A DNA stretch of 64,000 nucleotides. It comes from Candidatus Latescibacterota bacterium (GTDB lineage: Bacteria > Latescibacterota > UBA2968 > UBA8231). Where the stretch lies: the NCBI GenBank assembly GCA_965217585.1, contig OZ244561.1:5344001-5408000 (forward strand), read 5' to 3'. Position numbers and translations under genes: made by a program. The notes beneath the pieces are model-generated. The model was not told the DNA's origin. It worked only from the letters and a program-made list of their open reading frames with translations, and ran no database searches. Below, one piece after another: positions 18,669-28,622 of this stretch (position 1 is its first letter; every line of letters begins with the position of its first letter).

Positions 18669-20705
18669 ATGCGGAAAAGTATCCGAGCAGGACATCCAGT
18701 CCTTCCAGATGGCGACGGGATGGGCAAGCCAGGCGTGACTTTCCGGTCCCTGTTAATCGGCTCACTCATGGCCCTTTTCATCGGCATCGTCTTGCCCTAC
18801 ACCAATATGATCATCAAGGGTTCGCTCCTAGCCCACAACCTCAATACACCGGCTGCTCTCTTCGTCTTTTTTATTTATGTCGGCATTATCAATGTGGTTC
18901 TGAGCTTCATCAGACGGCAGTATGCCCTTTCACCTCCCGAGTTAGCCGTGGTCTATATCATGGCGATGCTGGCCACGGCCATACCAACTATCGGTTTTTC
19001 CGAGTACTTGCTGCCCATTGTCGCCGGAATCTACTATTATGCTTCGCCCGAAAACAGGTGGGAAGAGATCATCCACCCCTATGTGCCCAAGTGGATGGCC
19101 CCCCAGGATCCCGAGGCTATTAGGTATTTCTATGAGGGGTTGCCCAAGGGCCTCTCCGTGCCTTGGAACGTCTGGATCGAGCCCATTCTGTACTGGTGTC
19201 TGTTCATCATCGCCAGCTACTGGGTATCTATATGCCTGATGGTCATTGTGCGCCGGCAGTGGATTGAACACGAAAAGCTGCTCTATCCGCTGGTCCAGGT
19301 CCCGCTCGAAATGATGCGGGATGAGGAGCGAGGGGTGTGCAGCGATGGCGAAAAGCGTTCTTGGGTCAAGCCTTTCTTCAAGAATCCGGTCATGTGGATA
19401 GGCTTTTCCATCCCCTTTCTGTTGGGCTCTTACAGCGCTCTATACAACTATTTTCCCTTCATCCCGGGCATGAGCCAGTTCAGCGACCAAGGCATCCTGA
19501 CGGGCCAGTTTACCATCTTCAGGAATACGACCGTGCTCATCGTCATGTTCAATCTGGGCTTGGTCGGATTTGCCTATCTGCTCAGTCGAGATGTGGCCTT
19601 AGGGCTCTGGTCTTTTTTTTTGTTGTCCAATATCGAGCGGGGAGTCTTCAACATTCTGGGCGTCCAGAGCGCCGAAAAGCTGAGCCGCTTTGCCAATTCC
19701 AGCGGCCCCTACTTAGCGCACCAAGCTATGGGCGCTATGATCGTGCTGGTACTGTCCGGCCTGTGGATGGGCAGAAGCCACCTCAAGGGTGTATTCAGCA
19801 AGGCTTTCAAAGGGGATGAGGAGGTCGACGACAAGGACGAAATTTTGTCTTACCGAACCGCGGTCTGGGGCCTGCTCGTCGGCCTACTGATCATCAGCGC
19901 TTGGTTGTGGAAGTCGGGCCTCCCCCTGTGGGTCGTCCCGGTTTTTCTCTTTGCTGTCTTCGTCGTCTTCATGGCCTTGACTCGGGCCGTGGTGGAAGGG
20001 GGAGTGGCAGTCATCCGCACGCCGCTGACACCGGCGGATTTTGTCGTGTCGGGCCTGGGCACCAGCGCGCTGGGTGCCTCGGGCATCGTGGCTTTGGGCT
20101 TTACCTATGTATGGGCGGCCAATATCCGCATCTTTTTTATGCCCTGTTTTGCCAACGCCTTGAAAATCGCCGAAATGGTCAAAGGGGATAGGAGGACTCT
20201 GATCTGGGGCGTGGCTCTGGCCGTGGTGATCGCCTTAGCCAGTTCTATATGGAGCGTTATGACGCTGTCCTATACTTATGGGGGCGTCAATCTCCACGGT
20301 TTCTGGTTCATTGGTGTACCCCGAAACGCGGCTAACTACATGGCCGTCATCCTGTCCAACCCCACCTCCGCTCATATCGGGGGCTGGTTGTTCACCGGCT
20401 TAGGAGCGTTGGTGATGGGCCTGCTGGCCTATATCAGGGCGCGTTTCGTGTGGTGGCCCGTGCATCCTCTGGGTTTCGCCACCAGTACGTTCTTTATCAT
20501 GAACTATGTATGGTTCAGTGTATTCATCGCGTGGGCGATCAAATCGGTGGTGCTCAAATACGGAGGACCGGCGCTGTACAACAGCACCAAACCGTTTTTC
20601 CTCGGCCTGATCATGGGACAGATCTTCGTCGCGGGGATGTGGCTGGTCATCGACTATTTCACCGGAATGGTCGGCAACCAGCCCATCGGAGGCTCGTTCG
20701 TCTGA
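18669..20705 (+). CDS. Polytopic membrane protein, DUF6785-like, paralog B
   Basis: Colinear and highly similar to paralog A; an alternative start at 18720 is possible. Confidence 0.7.
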   Translation: MRKSIRAGHPVLPDGDGMGKPGVTFRSLLIGSLMALFIGIVLPYTNMIIKGSLLAHNLNTPAALFVFFIYVGIINVVLSFIRRQYALSPPELAVVYIMAMLATAIPTIGFSEYLLPIVAGIYYYASPENRWEEIIHPYVPKWMAPQDPEAIRYFYEGLPKGLSVPWNVWIEPILYWCLFIIASYWVSICLMVIVRRQWIEHEKLLYPLVQVPLEMMRDEERGVCSDGEKRSWVKPFFKNPVMWIGFSIPFLLGSYSALYNYFPFIPGMSQFSDQGILTGQFTIFRNTTVLIVMFNLGLVGFAYLLSRDVALGLWSFFLLSNIERGVFNILGVQSAEKLSRFANSSGPYLAHQAMGAMIVLVLSGLWMGRSHLKGVFSKAFKGDEEVDDKDEILSYRTAVWGLLVGLLIISAWLWKSGLPLWVVPVFLFAVFVVFMALTRAVVEGGVAVIRTPLTPADFVVSGLGTSALGASGIVALGFTYVWAANIRIFFMPCFANALKIAEMVKGDRRTLIWGVALAVVIALASSIWSVMTLSYTYGGVNLHGFWFIGVPRNAANYMAVILSNPTSAHIGGWLFTGLGALVMGLLAYIRARFVWWPVHPLGFATSTFFIMNYVWFSVFIAWAIKSVVLKYGGPALYNSTKPFFLGLIMGQIFVAGMWLVIDYFTGMVGNQPIGGSFV

Positions 20706-20731
20706 AAATCGAATAAAGTTGGAGAGCGTTT

Positions 20732-21565
20732 ATGAACGAACACGAGAAATACTTTTTTGATGTGAACGGCTACCTAGTCGTTCAAAAAATACTGAGCCCG
20801 GATCTGGTCGCCGCCTTGAACGAAGCGATCGATCACAACCAGAACAGGGTGCGGCTTCGCGTGGATGAGCAGTTGCTGTCGGCGAATTCTCCAGTACTGC
20901 AAGGGGACCACGGCCGCGGGGACATCATGGGAATTCTCAATTGGCCGAAACCTTGGTGTCAGCCGTTTCGCGATCTGCTTTCGCACCCACCGGCGCTGCG
21001 CTACATGTTCGACCTGATCGGCGACGATTTCCGTTTTGGCAACGCCAATGGTATCAGCATGACCGAGGGTGCAGAAGGTTGTGTGCTACATGGGGGCGGC
21101 ACCCTCGTACACAAGCACACCTATCGCTACGTCAATGGCCGCATGTGGAACAACCTCGTGGGCGTTTGTTATCAACTCGCCGACGTCAATCCCGGAGACG
21201 GCGGCTTCGTCTGCATTCCCGGTAGCCACAAGGCGAACTTCGATACTCCGGCCGATGTCCTGACTATGGAGTACGATCTTGGCTGCTACCACCACGTTGC
21301 AATGGAAGCTGGAGACGCCCTCATCTTTACCGAGGGACTCACCCATGGCACGTTGCCTTGGAAGGGCAAGCACGAGCGCCGCACCCTCCTCTACCGCTAC
21401 GCGGCTGGCCCCTTCGTCAACGCCAAGGGAATGAACCGCCTCGAAGAGTACTGTCCGTTCTACGACGAACTCACACCGCTGCAGAGGGCGATCATGGAGC
21501 CCCCTTACAATCCGGGTCGGCCTAATATCGCCGCCTTGCTCGCCCAAGAGCTTACACATGCCTAA
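20732..21565 (+). CDS. PhyH-family Fe(II)/2-oxoglutarate dioxygenase
   Basis: FDVNGYLVV, LHGG, GGFVCIPGSHK, GDALIFTEGLTHGT motifs. Confidence 0.85.
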   Translation: MNEHEKYFFDVNGYLVVQKILSPDLVAALNEAIDHNQNRVRLRVDEQLLSANSPVLQGDHGRGDIMGILNWPKPWCQPFRDLLSHPPALRYMFDLIGDDFRFGNANGISMTEGAEGCVLHGGGTLVHKHTYRYVNGRMWNNLVGVCYQLADVNPGDGGFVCIPGSHKANFDTPADVLTMEYDLGCYHHVAMEAGDALIFTEGLTHGTLPWKGKHERRTLLYRYAAGPFVNAKGMNRLEEYCPFYDELTPLQRAIMEPPYNPGRPNIAALLAQELTHA

Positions 21566-22982
21566 CAAACGCCCCAACATACTGTTGGTCCTCACCGATC
21601 AGCAGCGGCCGGAGTGGGTCGAGATGAACCCGGATATCCCGGTGCGCACCCCGCATCTGCGGCAACTCGCCGAGCGCGGGATCTGGCTCGCCAACGCCAT
21701 CTGTCCGTCGCCTGTTTGCGCTCCTTCGCGCTCCTGCTTGGTGGCCGGGCAGGAGTACGATCGCACCCGAGTGTGGGGCAACGACACCTACCCCCCTGAC
21801 AATCTGCCCAAGTACCACCTGCGCCTGCGCGACGAGGCTGGATACCACGTCATGGCGGCCGGCAAACACCATGTGGGCAACAATCAATCTGGCAGCCCCC
21901 CACGGTTCCACCGGGGGATCGACGGCCGACAGGGGCTGGAAGAATGGGGGTTTGCCGACGCCATCTTCAACGCTGGCCTGAACCAAGCGACCATTCTGAT
22001 GCGCCGCAACGACATGGTTCCTCAGGATTCGTACATGGCGTTCCTGCACGAGCGCGGCTTGGCACAGGAGCACATTGCCGACTACGCGCGCCGCAACCAA
22101 GAGGGAGTGTGGACGGCTACTTTTCCGACGACGCTGCCCGACGACGCCTACTTCGACACTTGGATTACCACCAACGCCCTCACCCTGCTTGATCGGGCAC
22201 CCAACGACAAGCCGTGGTACCTAGAGGTGAATCTACAGAATCCCCATCACCCCTGGGACGTCACCGAGTCGATGCACCGGTGGTACCGCGAACCGCCGGT
22301 CGATTTTCCTCTTCCCCTGTTCAACACCGAGAATATTTCCCCTGAGACGCATCAGGAGGTGCGCCGCAACTGGGCCGCCACCGTCGAACACCTCGATCAG
22401 TGCCTCGGACGCTTGATAGAGCGTGTTTGCGCGAGGGGGGACCTAGAGAACACGGTCGTTGTTTTTACCAGCGACCACGGCGAGATGCTCGGGGATTACA
22501 ATCAATGGCAAAAGCTGTCCCCCCTGCAGGCTGCGGTCGGGGTTCCCTTGGTAATAGCAGGCCCGGGGGTGGCTGCTGTCGGTCGCGACGACGCTCCGAT
22601 GACGACCCTCGACCTGACCGCCAGCTTCCTCGAGTGGGCCGGGCTGACGCTTGGTGAAGATCTCGACAGTCGCTCCCTTGTCGGTTATCTCGGAGGAGGT
22701 GGGGACAGACACCGCGATTTGGTGTTTTCTGGCCTGAGTGCTTGGCGCATGGTCTTCGATGGTCGGTTCAAGTTGGTTCGCGGCTACGACCCGGGGAAGC
22801 GCATCGGGGGGGATGTCTTCGAGCCGATGCACATTCCGCCTGAGGAGACGGAGCGCCTTCAGCGCGATCGGCCCCCAATACTGTACGATCTCGAGCGCAA
22901 CGAAAGGGACGACGTGTCCTCCGCGTTTCCCGAGGTTCTTCACCGGCTCAGCGCCGCTCTCGATGAGCATCTGGCTTTATAG
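21558..22982 (+). CDS. Cys-type formylglycine-dependent sulfatase-like hydrolase
   Basis: RPNILLVLTDQQR, CAPSR (CxPxR), GKHH, PHHP, FTSDHGEMLG. Confidence 0.9.
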   Translation: MPNKRPNILLVLTDQQRPEWVEMNPDIPVRTPHLRQLAERGIWLANAICPSPVCAPSRSCLVAGQEYDRTRVWGNDTYPPDNLPKYHLRLRDEAGYHVMAAGKHHVGNNQSGSPPRFHRGIDGRQGLEEWGFADAIFNAGLNQATILMRRNDMVPQDSYMAFLHERGLAQEHIADYARRNQEGVWTATFPTTLPDDAYFDTWITTNALTLLDRAPNDKPWYLEVNLQNPHHPWDVTESMHRWYREPPVDFPLPLFNTENISPETHQEVRRNWAATVEHLDQCLGRLIERVCARGDLENTVVVFTSDHGEMLGDYNQWQKLSPLQAAVGVPLVIAGPGVAAVGRDDAPMTTLDLTASFLEWAGLTLGEDLDSRSLVGYLGGGGDRHRDLVFSGLSAWRMVFDGRFKLVRGYDPGKRIGGDVFEPMHIPPEETERLQRDRPPILYDLERNERDDVSSAFPEVLHRLSAALDEHLAL

Positions 22983-22997
22983 TATGGAGTCCATTCC

Positions 22998-25211
22998 ATG
23001 TTGGTGAGAAGCGGTTTTCCCCATCGGCCTTACATCCATCACTTCCCTAGCGTCGAGCTTGAGGAACGCCGTCGCCTGCACGGCAGCGGTCGCATAGCGC
23101 GGTCCACCGCGGTGCAGGCGGGAGATGATATCGAACTGACCCTGCGGTTCGAGCTCGGCGAGACAGCAATCCCTGCAGGCGGACACTTACGGGTCGCTTG
23201 GCTGTGGCCGTTCGACTGGTCCATGCTGCAGACGAGTGATCCCGGCGCTCCAGGGTACGTCCACGCATTCTGCTCGCGGCGCGAGGTCGACTTGCGGGTG
23301 ACCTTTGCCTTCCGGGGCGACCTGATCCCGTGGAATCACCATATCGATGTCGAAGTCCTCTCCGGTGTGCTGACCGAGGGAGATGCGGTTGAACTGACCT
23401 GCCGGGAGTGGCGTTCCCCCACCTTTGTCGTGCCCGATGCCGAGCTGCTCTTTCTGATTAATCCGGATGGCGGCGACCGCTGGATCCAGCTACCGCCTGT
23501 GCGAGGATTCCCCATTGTAGCTGGTGCTCCAGCGCGACTGTTCGCTCTCGCTCCGGCAGACGGGCTCGTCGACGAAGATCTCGTACTGACGCTGCGCGTT
23601 GAGGACGAGTGGGGAAATCCCTTGCTCATCGAGGATTCCGTTCCAGAGGTAATCCCTGCCGACGGAGTCAGAGTGGCCTCCGTCGAAAGCGCTGGTGACA
23701 TGCCTGCTTACCAAGCCCGGGTGCGTATCGCCAGCCCGGGTATCCATCGCATTGCGGTCGCTGTTCCCCGCTGCCAACTGCAGGCAGTGACCAACCCGGT
23801 GCGCATCGCCGCTGAGCCCCCTCCGTTGCGCATCTTCTGGGGCGACCTGCATGCTGGCCAGGGCCGAATCGGCTGCGGCGTCGGCTCGGTGCGCCACCAC
23901 TTCGACTACGCCCGTTACGTAGCCGGTCTGCAGGTCTGCTCGCACCAAGGGAATGACCACCACGTCAGCCTGGACCTGTGGGAGCAAACGCGCCGCGAGT
24001 CGGCCGCCGCCAATGAGGAGGGACGTTTTGTTGCCTTTCTCGGGTGCGAGTGGAGCGCCTACACACCGGACGGCGGCGACCGCAACGTCATTTATCGACG
24101 CGATGAGCCGCGCTTGCGGCGTTCTGGTCGCTTCTTCACCGAAGACGTGCCCGATCCGGAGCCCGACCTCGAAACAGCGACCGAGTTTCTGGATGTCATG
24201 CGAAATGAAGAGGTATTCATCAACATGCACGCTGGCGGCAGGCCGACCAACCTCGATTTCCACGAGCCGGGAATCGAAACCCTCGCTGAGATCCACTCCA
24301 CCCACGGCACTTCGGACTGGTTCGTGCTCGACGCCTTGCGTCGCGGTTACCGCGTCGGAATAACCGCTGGAACCGACGGCGTTGCCGGCCGGCCCGGATG
24401 CGACCATCCCGGTAGTCGGCTTATCCGCAACGCGCGCAGCGGTGTCACCGCTTTTCTAGCCTCCGAACTCACCCAGGATGCGTTGTGGGATGCGATTGCA
24501 GCGCGGCGGTGTTACGCCACTGACGGACCCCGCATACTGCTCGACGTCCGAGCCGACGGCCATCTCATGGGAAGCGAATACGCGACCGAGGATTCTCCCC
24601 TTGTGTCGATCGAGGCCGAGGGAACGGCGGGGATTGAGCAGATTGACCTGCTGTGTGGCCCCGACCTGCTGTGGACCTGGCGACCGACGATGGCACCTGC
24701 CGAAAGAGCCTTGCGCATCCTCTGGGGAGGAACCGAACGGCACGGCAGTGCTCCCGATCAGCGCGTCTTCTGGAAGGGCCGGTTCATCGTCGAAAACGGA
24801 CGAATCGCCAATGTCGAGCCAGTCGCTTTGGTTTCTCCCTTCGACCGTCTCGAACTGGCTGACGACCAAACGGTTTGTTTCGACACGGTCTCTGCGGGAA
24901 ACCGCATGGGGATGTGCCTAGAAATCGAAGCAGACGCGGCGACATTATGCCGCTTTGAATCCTGTCCTGCGACCTTCGAATTTGGCTTGGCTCAGGTGCG
25001 GGAACAACCGATGAGAGTGGATGCAGGGGGCGTCAGTCGGCACGTCATCGTCGGACAGGCTCCGAACCCGAACCTGCCGCGGCGGGTAGAACTCTCGTTC
25101 CGAGACACGCGGACGGCAAAGGGTCTATGTCCCTACTGGGTGCAACTGACGCAGTGCGATCAGCACCGCGCCTGGAGCAGCCCAATCTACGTTCAACGCC
25201 AGCTCGGCTGA
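22998..25211 (+). CDS. DUF3604-like (PHP-type metallohydrolase) protein
   Basis: FWGDLH, GCEWS, GGDRNVIY, EIHSTHG, RRCYATDG, AWSSPIYV motifs. Confidence 0.7.
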   Translation: MLVRSGFPHRPYIHHFPSVELEERRRLHGSGRIARSTAVQAGDDIELTLRFELGETAIPAGGHLRVAWLWPFDWSMLQTSDPGAPGYVHAFCSRREVDLRVTFAFRGDLIPWNHHIDVEVLSGVLTEGDAVELTCREWRSPTFVVPDAELLFLINPDGGDRWIQLPPVRGFPIVAGAPARLFALAPADGLVDEDLVLTLRVEDEWGNPLLIEDSVPEVIPADGVRVASVESAGDMPAYQARVRIASPGIHRIAVAVPRCQLQAVTNPVRIAAEPPPLRIFWGDLHAGQGRIGCGVGSVRHHFDYARYVAGLQVCSHQGNDHHVSLDLWEQTRRESAAANEEGRFVAFLGCEWSAYTPDGGDRNVIYRRDEPRLRRSGRFFTEDVPDPEPDLETATEFLDVMRNEEVFINMHAGGRPTNLDFHEPGIETLAEIHSTHGTSDWFVLDALRRGYRVGITAGTDGVAGRPGCDHPGSRLIRNARSGVTAFLASELTQDALWDAIAARRCYATDGPRILLDVRADGHLMGSEYATEDSPLVSIEAEGTAGIEQIDLLCGPDLLWTWRPTMAPAERALRILWGGTERHGSAPDQRVFWKGRFIVENGRIANVEPVALVSPFDRLELADDQTVCFDTVSAGNRMGMCLEIEADAATLCRFESCPATFEFGLAQVREQPMRVDAGGVSRHVIVGQAPNPNLPRRVELSFRDTRTAKGLCPYWVQLTQCDQHRAWSSPIYVQRQLG

Positions 25212-25541
25212 CCGCGGGATCAGCGGACTTCGCAATGGCACACCGAAACGTCCATTCGATCACCTATCGGTGCGTCAGCAACAGTCGATCAGGCTGCTGT
25301 CATTGTGTATCGGTCACATCCGTTACATATTCGTGGGAAGACGTACTCAATAGCCTCTTTTCCTGCCTGTGTAGGCGGGTTGAAGCGAGCTTTGTGAGGA
25401 AACCTAAAGGTCGTTTAATGGATAGTCCTTTCCAGGCGTTCCTAAAACAGAACGGGTTTTGAAACGGCTCTACAGGTTCTGCGTACTCTCCGCCTTTGAC
25501 CATCTGACGAAGTTTACTCTCTTGCCAAGGAAAAACCCCGC

Positions 25542-27107
25542 ATGAAGGACTCTTCGATCTACATTCCCGCCTGCGACTGGGACTCGACCGCATCCCTGCC
25601 GCAATCGCTTCTTGGCTGGCAGTACGCCAAGCGCCTGATGCTGGTGAACGACACCGCACACGACCGCCGAGGTGAACCGGTCGAAGCGGACGTGGACATT
25701 CACGCCGCCCACGTCACCGACCTCGGCCGAGAGGTCCGCGTCGCTCGTCTCTCCGGCGAAAACGGTCCTATAGAAGTCGTGCCGAGTCAGGCTCATCTCA
25801 TGGACCGCGAGGACGAGTTGCTGCGCTGTCGGCTATTTTTCCTTGCCGATGTGGCCGCCAGGGGTTCGGCGACCTACCTCCTGCTATACGGCAACCCGGA
25901 GGCACCCGAACCCTGCTACGACACCGACCTCAAGGTCTCGGGCGAAGGGTATGCCCTTGAGGTGGAAAACGAGTATTATCGGGCTGTCCTCGGGAAGATG
26001 AACGGCAACTGGAAGAATCACTACTCGAAAAGGGGGCCAGCAGAACTCGTAAACCGACACGGCCACGGAGTCGAAGGCACCATTCACTGGGGGCCTGACT
26101 GGAGCGACGAGCGCGTCGGCCGCTACCGGCTCACCAACTGGGATGGTCCACCCATGTTCGACTACGATGTGGTCAGGGGACCGGTCTGCGTGCGCATCCG
26201 CCGCTGGGGCCACCCGATCTTGTCAATCGGTCCCCAAGTCGGTCGGCTCCACAAGGTCATGGCTACCGTGACTTACAGCTTCTGGGCCGGTCAGCCCTAC
26301 GTCGTTATGGAATCGAAACTCGAGGTTCTCGAGGATGTGCGTTTCCGCGACTGCCGCAACGACGAGTTCGTCATCGGCGAACACCTGCCCGAACGAGCTT
26401 GGATGGGACCGGAGGGAGAGATCGGTTTTGGGGCCCGGGGCTGGCAGCGCGAGGACCCGCGCTGGGTGACCCATTTCAACCGCGAAACCGGCGAAGGATT
26501 CGGCAGCATTCACCTCGAATTCGAGAATACCAACCCGAGTTGGCCGCAGCCGGCCCACGCCGGATTCTCGCACACCGGCACTTGGGTCCGCTATCCGGTG
26601 CAGCATGCGGCGATGCGCGCTGGCGAGCACGTGTACGAAAGAAACGCCTACGTACTGCACCGCTACGAAGAGGGGGGGGAGCACGGCGGCCTCGCCGACC
26701 TCGTCAGCCACCAGCAACGCCTGCTCAAACCGATCACCCAGGGCGAAGCCCTCCCGGCTCCTAGGCCGATCAACCGCGACAATGTCATGGACGCGCTGCG
26801 GGCCACCAACGAATTTGAGCTCTACGTCCAGGGGTCACCTTGGGGGCAGCGCCAGCTTAGCTTCGTCGATATCGGAGTCGTGCAGGAGGTCGTCATCAAA
26901 GGGAGCGACATCCGCGTCGACGTCGTCATGCCGTACGCGGGCCGCGAAACTTGGTTCGACTGGTTTTCCGCTGGCATTGAGGAGCAACTCCGCGCCCGCC
27001 TAAGCGATGTCGGAGAGATCGAGGTGCGCCTAGTCCGCGAGCCGAAATGGACCCCGCGGCGATTGAGCGCCCGCGCCCGCCGCGTCATCGGGCCTAGGGA
27101 AGAGTAG
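25542..27107 (+). CDS. Hypothetical protein with C-terminal DUF59/FeS_assembly_P-like domain
   Basis: C-terminus LSFVDIGVVQEV..VRLVREPKWTPRRLSARARRVIG matches the DUF59/SufT pattern; the beta-rich N-terminus is unassigned. Confidence 0.6.
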   Translation: MKDSSIYIPACDWDSTASLPQSLLGWQYAKRLMLVNDTAHDRRGEPVEADVDIHAAHVTDLGREVRVARLSGENGPIEVVPSQAHLMDREDELLRCRLFFLADVAARGSATYLLLYGNPEAPEPCYDTDLKVSGEGYALEVENEYYRAVLGKMNGNWKNHYSKRGPAELVNRHGHGVEGTIHWGPDWSDERVGRYRLTNWDGPPMFDYDVVRGPVCVRIRRWGHPILSIGPQVGRLHKVMATVTYSFWAGQPYVVMESKLEVLEDVRFRDCRNDEFVIGEHLPERAWMGPEGEIGFGARGWQREDPRWVTHFNRETGEGFGSIHLEFENTNPSWPQPAHAGFSHTGTWVRYPVQHAAMRAGEHVYERNAYVLHRYEEGGEHGGLADLVSHQQRLLKPITQGEALPAPRPINRDNVMDALRATNEFELYVQGSPWGQRQLSFVDIGVVQEVVIKGSDIRVDVVMPYAGRETWFDWFSAGIEEQLRARLSDVGEIEVRLVREPKWTPRRLSARARRVIGPREE

Positions 27108-27114
27108 AACCCCC

Positions 27115-28485
27115 TTATAACACCAACTCGTCCGGCGGCTCGTAGTCGCTTTTGCGCGGGTCCCAGCGGGTTCCGCATTTGTCGCTAATGACCACCCATT
27201 CACCCGAACTGAGGTTGCCTTGGTGGTGGTAGTTAAAGCGCCTGAGCCCCGCGGCCTCGGCGGCGTCGAGCAACATCTTGAGGTCGCGCGCCGACATCGG
27301 GTCGCCATCGTGGGGAAAGCGACCGGTGTCGAGCCAGGGCACGATGCGCTCCGGGTCATCGACCGAGGCCAGCGCCCGTCGCGTCTCCTGCGTTACCACC
27401 TGCTCGAAAAACTCCGGATTGAGGGCACTCTCGAAATCGAGCATGTCGTCGCCCACGCCCGGCAGGACGATGCCGAAGAGAGCCTGCACGACATCGAGGG
27501 TGTCGGCCACACTGATCCCCGGATTCCACTCTAGAAGCGTCTGCGAGTAGCGGTAGACCGTGCCGAGGAATCCGTCGAAGCCCCGGTGAAAGAAGTAGTG
27601 TTTCGGCAGTAGGAAATCCATGAACTGGGCTAGGTCGACGAAGTCGTACCCACACAGGGGTGCAAAGGCCGCCGAGCGTGGGCCGCATCCTAGGCGCACC
27701 GGGCGCTCTAGCTCGGCGGCGACGCCTGCGCGGATGCGGCGAAAATAGCGAGTCAGCGAGTCGGCCCGGAACGACAGCCAAGCCATCAGATCGGGATCGG
27801 CTCCGAGCATGCGGTGGGCTCCGACTAGGCCGCCGCGGGCGTGTCCGCGGATGCGCACTGGGTCGAGGTTGTGAAACAGAGACAGGAGCCTGTCTTTGGC
27901 GGCCACCATGGCCTCGTAGTCGTACCCCAGATCCTCGGCCATTGGTGCCACAGATTCCGGCAGGTCGTGAAAGAAGTAGGAGCGGTGATTCATGTGATGA
28001 GGGGCGATTTCGTACCCCCACTCCGGTCCGTCCATCACGGCGCCGTCTGCCATCGGGAAGTGCTCTAGCGTATCGACCATGCGTGCTACCCGCGATGCCA
28101 GCGTCTTGTCGTCATGCAGGTGGTGGCCCGTACCCCCTGGACCGGCGCCACCGTCGGCGTACATACAGTAAACCTGCATACCGCGGTCTTTGGCGGCGTT
28201 CATCGTCTTTTCTAGCAGGGCCCTTTTCTCGGGCAGCTTCTGTGCCGGCGGCGGTGGTGGCTCGACTCCGAGCCGCGCGTACACCGCCGGGTTCGGATCG
28301 TACGCCTCCGCCACGATATCGCCGGTGGGAGCGGACACTGCATCCTTCGACAGTTTCGAAGTGCCGAACACGAGTGGTCCGAACACGACTCCATCGACGC
28401 CGCCCTCTGCCCAAGCATCGAGTATGCGCTCGTGATCATTCATCACGCTCTCGAGATCGCGCATTACATCCATCCACAGCTTCAT
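27115..28485 (-). CDS. Conserved hypothetical protein, probable TIM-barrel hydrolase-like fold
   Basis: Long ORF with strong SD AGGAGGAGG; alternating beta/alpha pattern and MDGPEWGYE motif. Confidence 0.6.
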   Translation of the reverse strand: MKLWMDVMRDLESVMNDHERILDAWAEGGVDGVVFGPLVFGTSKLSKDAVSAPTGDIVAEAYDPNPAVYARLGVEPPPPPAQKLPEKRALLEKTMNAAKDRGMQVYCMYADGGAGPGGTGHHLHDDKTLASRVARMVDTLEHFPMADGAVMDGPEWGYEIAPHHMNHRSYFFHDLPESVAPMAEDLGYDYEAMVAAKDRLLSLFHNLDPVRIRGHARGGLVGAHRMLGADPDLMAWLSFRADSLTRYFRRIRAGVAAELERPVRLGCGPRSAAFAPLCGYDFVDLAQFMDFLLPKHYFFHRGFDGFLGTVYRYSQTLLEWNPGISVADTLDVVQALFGIVLPGVGDDMLDFESALNPEFFEQVVTQETRRALASVDDPERIVPWLDTGRFPHDGDPMSARDLKMLLDAAEAAGLRRFNYHHQGNLSSGEWVVISDKCGTRWDPRKSDYEPPDELVL

Positions 28486-28520
28486 GGTCAACCTCCTCCT
28501 TGTCTTTTGGTGTCAGCCTC

Positions 28521-28590
28521 TCAAACGAAGGTCCCGCCGAGCGGCTGTTTCCTGCATACCCGTGAAATAGTCGATAACCAGCCACATGCT
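28521..28590 (-). pseudogene. 3'-end relic of a DUF6785-like gene
   Basis: Encodes MWLVIDYFTGM and, after a frameshift, QPLGGTFV*; paralog B ends MWLVIDYFTGMVGNQPIGGSFV*. Confidence 0.8.
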
Positions 28591-28622
28591 GGAGAATCTC
28601 ATAGGAAGCCGGCGAAGCGGTC

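Noticed and set aside
25212-25541. ncRNA or gene remnant in the 330-bp spacer
   Set aside because: No recognisable motif, stable structure or homology could be supported by eye
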